Position numbers and translations under genes: made by a program. The notes beneath the pieces are model-generated. The model worked only from the letters and a program-made list of their open reading frames with translations. It was not told the DNA's origin and did not search any database. Source: Clostridia bacterium (GTDB taxonomy: Bacteria; Bacillota; Clostridia; Christensenellales; Aristaeellaceae). From it: a stretch of DNA of 24,000 nucleotides. Location: the NCBI GenBank assembly GCA_017476845.1, contig JAFUZB010000136.1:1-24000 (forward strand). Direction: 5' to 3'. Positions 23,481 through 24,000 of the stretch are shown here, in pieces (position 1 is the stretch's first letter; each line of letters opens with the position of its first letter).

Positions 23481-24000
23481 ATGAAGGAGAATCAGGCCAC
23501 ATTCCACGCGGTCGAGGACAGACGGCTGATCCTGGTGGTCGACGACGAGGAAATCAACCGCGAGATACTGGGGACAGTTCTGGAAAAGGACTACGATGTG
23601 ATTTTTGCAGGCGACGGCGAGAAGGCCCTGCGCGCCGTGGAGGAAAACAAATCGCTGCTCTCCCTTGTCATTCTTGACCTGATCATGCCCGTCATGCCGG
23701 GCAACGAGGTGCTGCGCCGCATCCGGGAGGAGAAGGCCTACCAGGATATTCCCGTCATCGTCGCCTCCGGCGATCAATCCCAGGAGATCGAATGCCTGCA
23801 CATGGGCGCCAGCGACTTCATCCAGAAGCCCTACCCGGAGCCCGGTGTCATCCTCGCCCGCGTCCGCCGCGCCATTGAGCTCTTCGAGGGGCGCAGAATC
23901 ATCCAGTCCACCGAGCGCGATCCCCTGACAGGGCTGTATAACCGCGAGTTTTTCTTCAGCTATGCCGAGCAGTTTGACCAGCATCACGCCGATACCCCGA
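23481..24000 (+). CDS. Response regulator: receiver (REC) domain followed by the start of a GGDEF diguanylate-cyclase domain. Partial; it runs off the window end.
   Basis: Not in the ORF track because no stop lies inside the window. My translation from the ATG at 23481 is MKENQATFHAVEDRRLILVVDDEEINREILGTVLEKDYDVIFAGDGEKALRAV...LVILDLIMPVMPGNEVLRRIR...IPVIVASGDQ...GASDFIQKP...RDPLTGLYNREFFFSYAEQF. It has the REC acidic pocket DD, the phospho-acceptor D in ILDLIMP, and the conserved S and K. DPLTGLYNR is the usual GGDEF-domain entry motif. Confidence 0.85.
   Translation, partial: MKENQATFHAVEDRRLILVVDDEEINREILGTVLEKDYDVIFAGDGEKALRAVEENKSLLSLVILDLIMPVMPGNEVLRRIREEKAYQDIPVIVASGDQSQEIECLHMGASDFIQKPYPEPGVILARVRRAIELFEGRRIIQSTERDPLTGLYNREFFFSYAEQFDQHHADTP

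Noticed and set aside
23445-23987. 180-aa minus-strand ORF listed in the track
   Set aside because: The plus strand here encodes a canonical REC-GGDEF protein, open to the window edge. The minus-strand product has no recognisable features.
1-24000. Search for tRNA, rRNA, CRISPR arrays or recognisable riboswitches
   Set aside because: Reading by eye found no cloverleaf-like segments, rRNA-like conserved blocks, or regularly spaced 25-40-bp repeats with unique spacers. A covariance-model scan would be needed to exclude small RNAs.

Overview
High-GC segment (about 63-65% G+C in hand-counted 60-nt samples) with strong AGGAGG-type Shine-Dalgarno sites, so probably a Firmicutes/Clostridia-like chromosome. 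Most of the window is a Gram-positive-style glycan utilisation locus. The minus-strand row runs GntR/PBP1 hybrid regulator, GH38 alpha-mannosidase, ManD-subgroup enolase, SDR oxidoreductase and KptA/Tpt1 RNA 2'-phosphotransferase. It is followed by the first 48 codons of a GH2-like hydrolase that runs off the left edge. The divergent plus-strand operon encodes two CUT1-type ABC permeases, an LplA-like solute-binding protein, a PA14-containing GH3 and a GH95. No ABC ATPase gene is present, and none of the hydrolases has a signal peptide. At about 16.65-20.1 kb lies a roughly 45% G+C insertion. It carries an intact tyrosine recombinase and an intact IS91-family HUH/Y2 rolling-circle transposase, and its non-coding flanks contain phased and inverted copies of a GTAnnrTAG / GGTACnGTAG motif. 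Downstream are a 407-aa uncharacterised cytoplasmic protein, a beta-lactamase-family serine hydrolase, a nitroreductase, and a REC-GGDEF response regulator that runs off the right edge and is missing from the ORF track. Most long opposite-strand ORFs in the track are high-GC shadow ORFs. I saw no rRNA, tRNA or CRISPR array. The most interesting items are the composite recombinase/transposase element and its repeat architecture, the translational coupling of kptA to a sugar-acid operon, and the unassigned 407-aa protein. All family assignments come from motif reading by eye, not from database searches.
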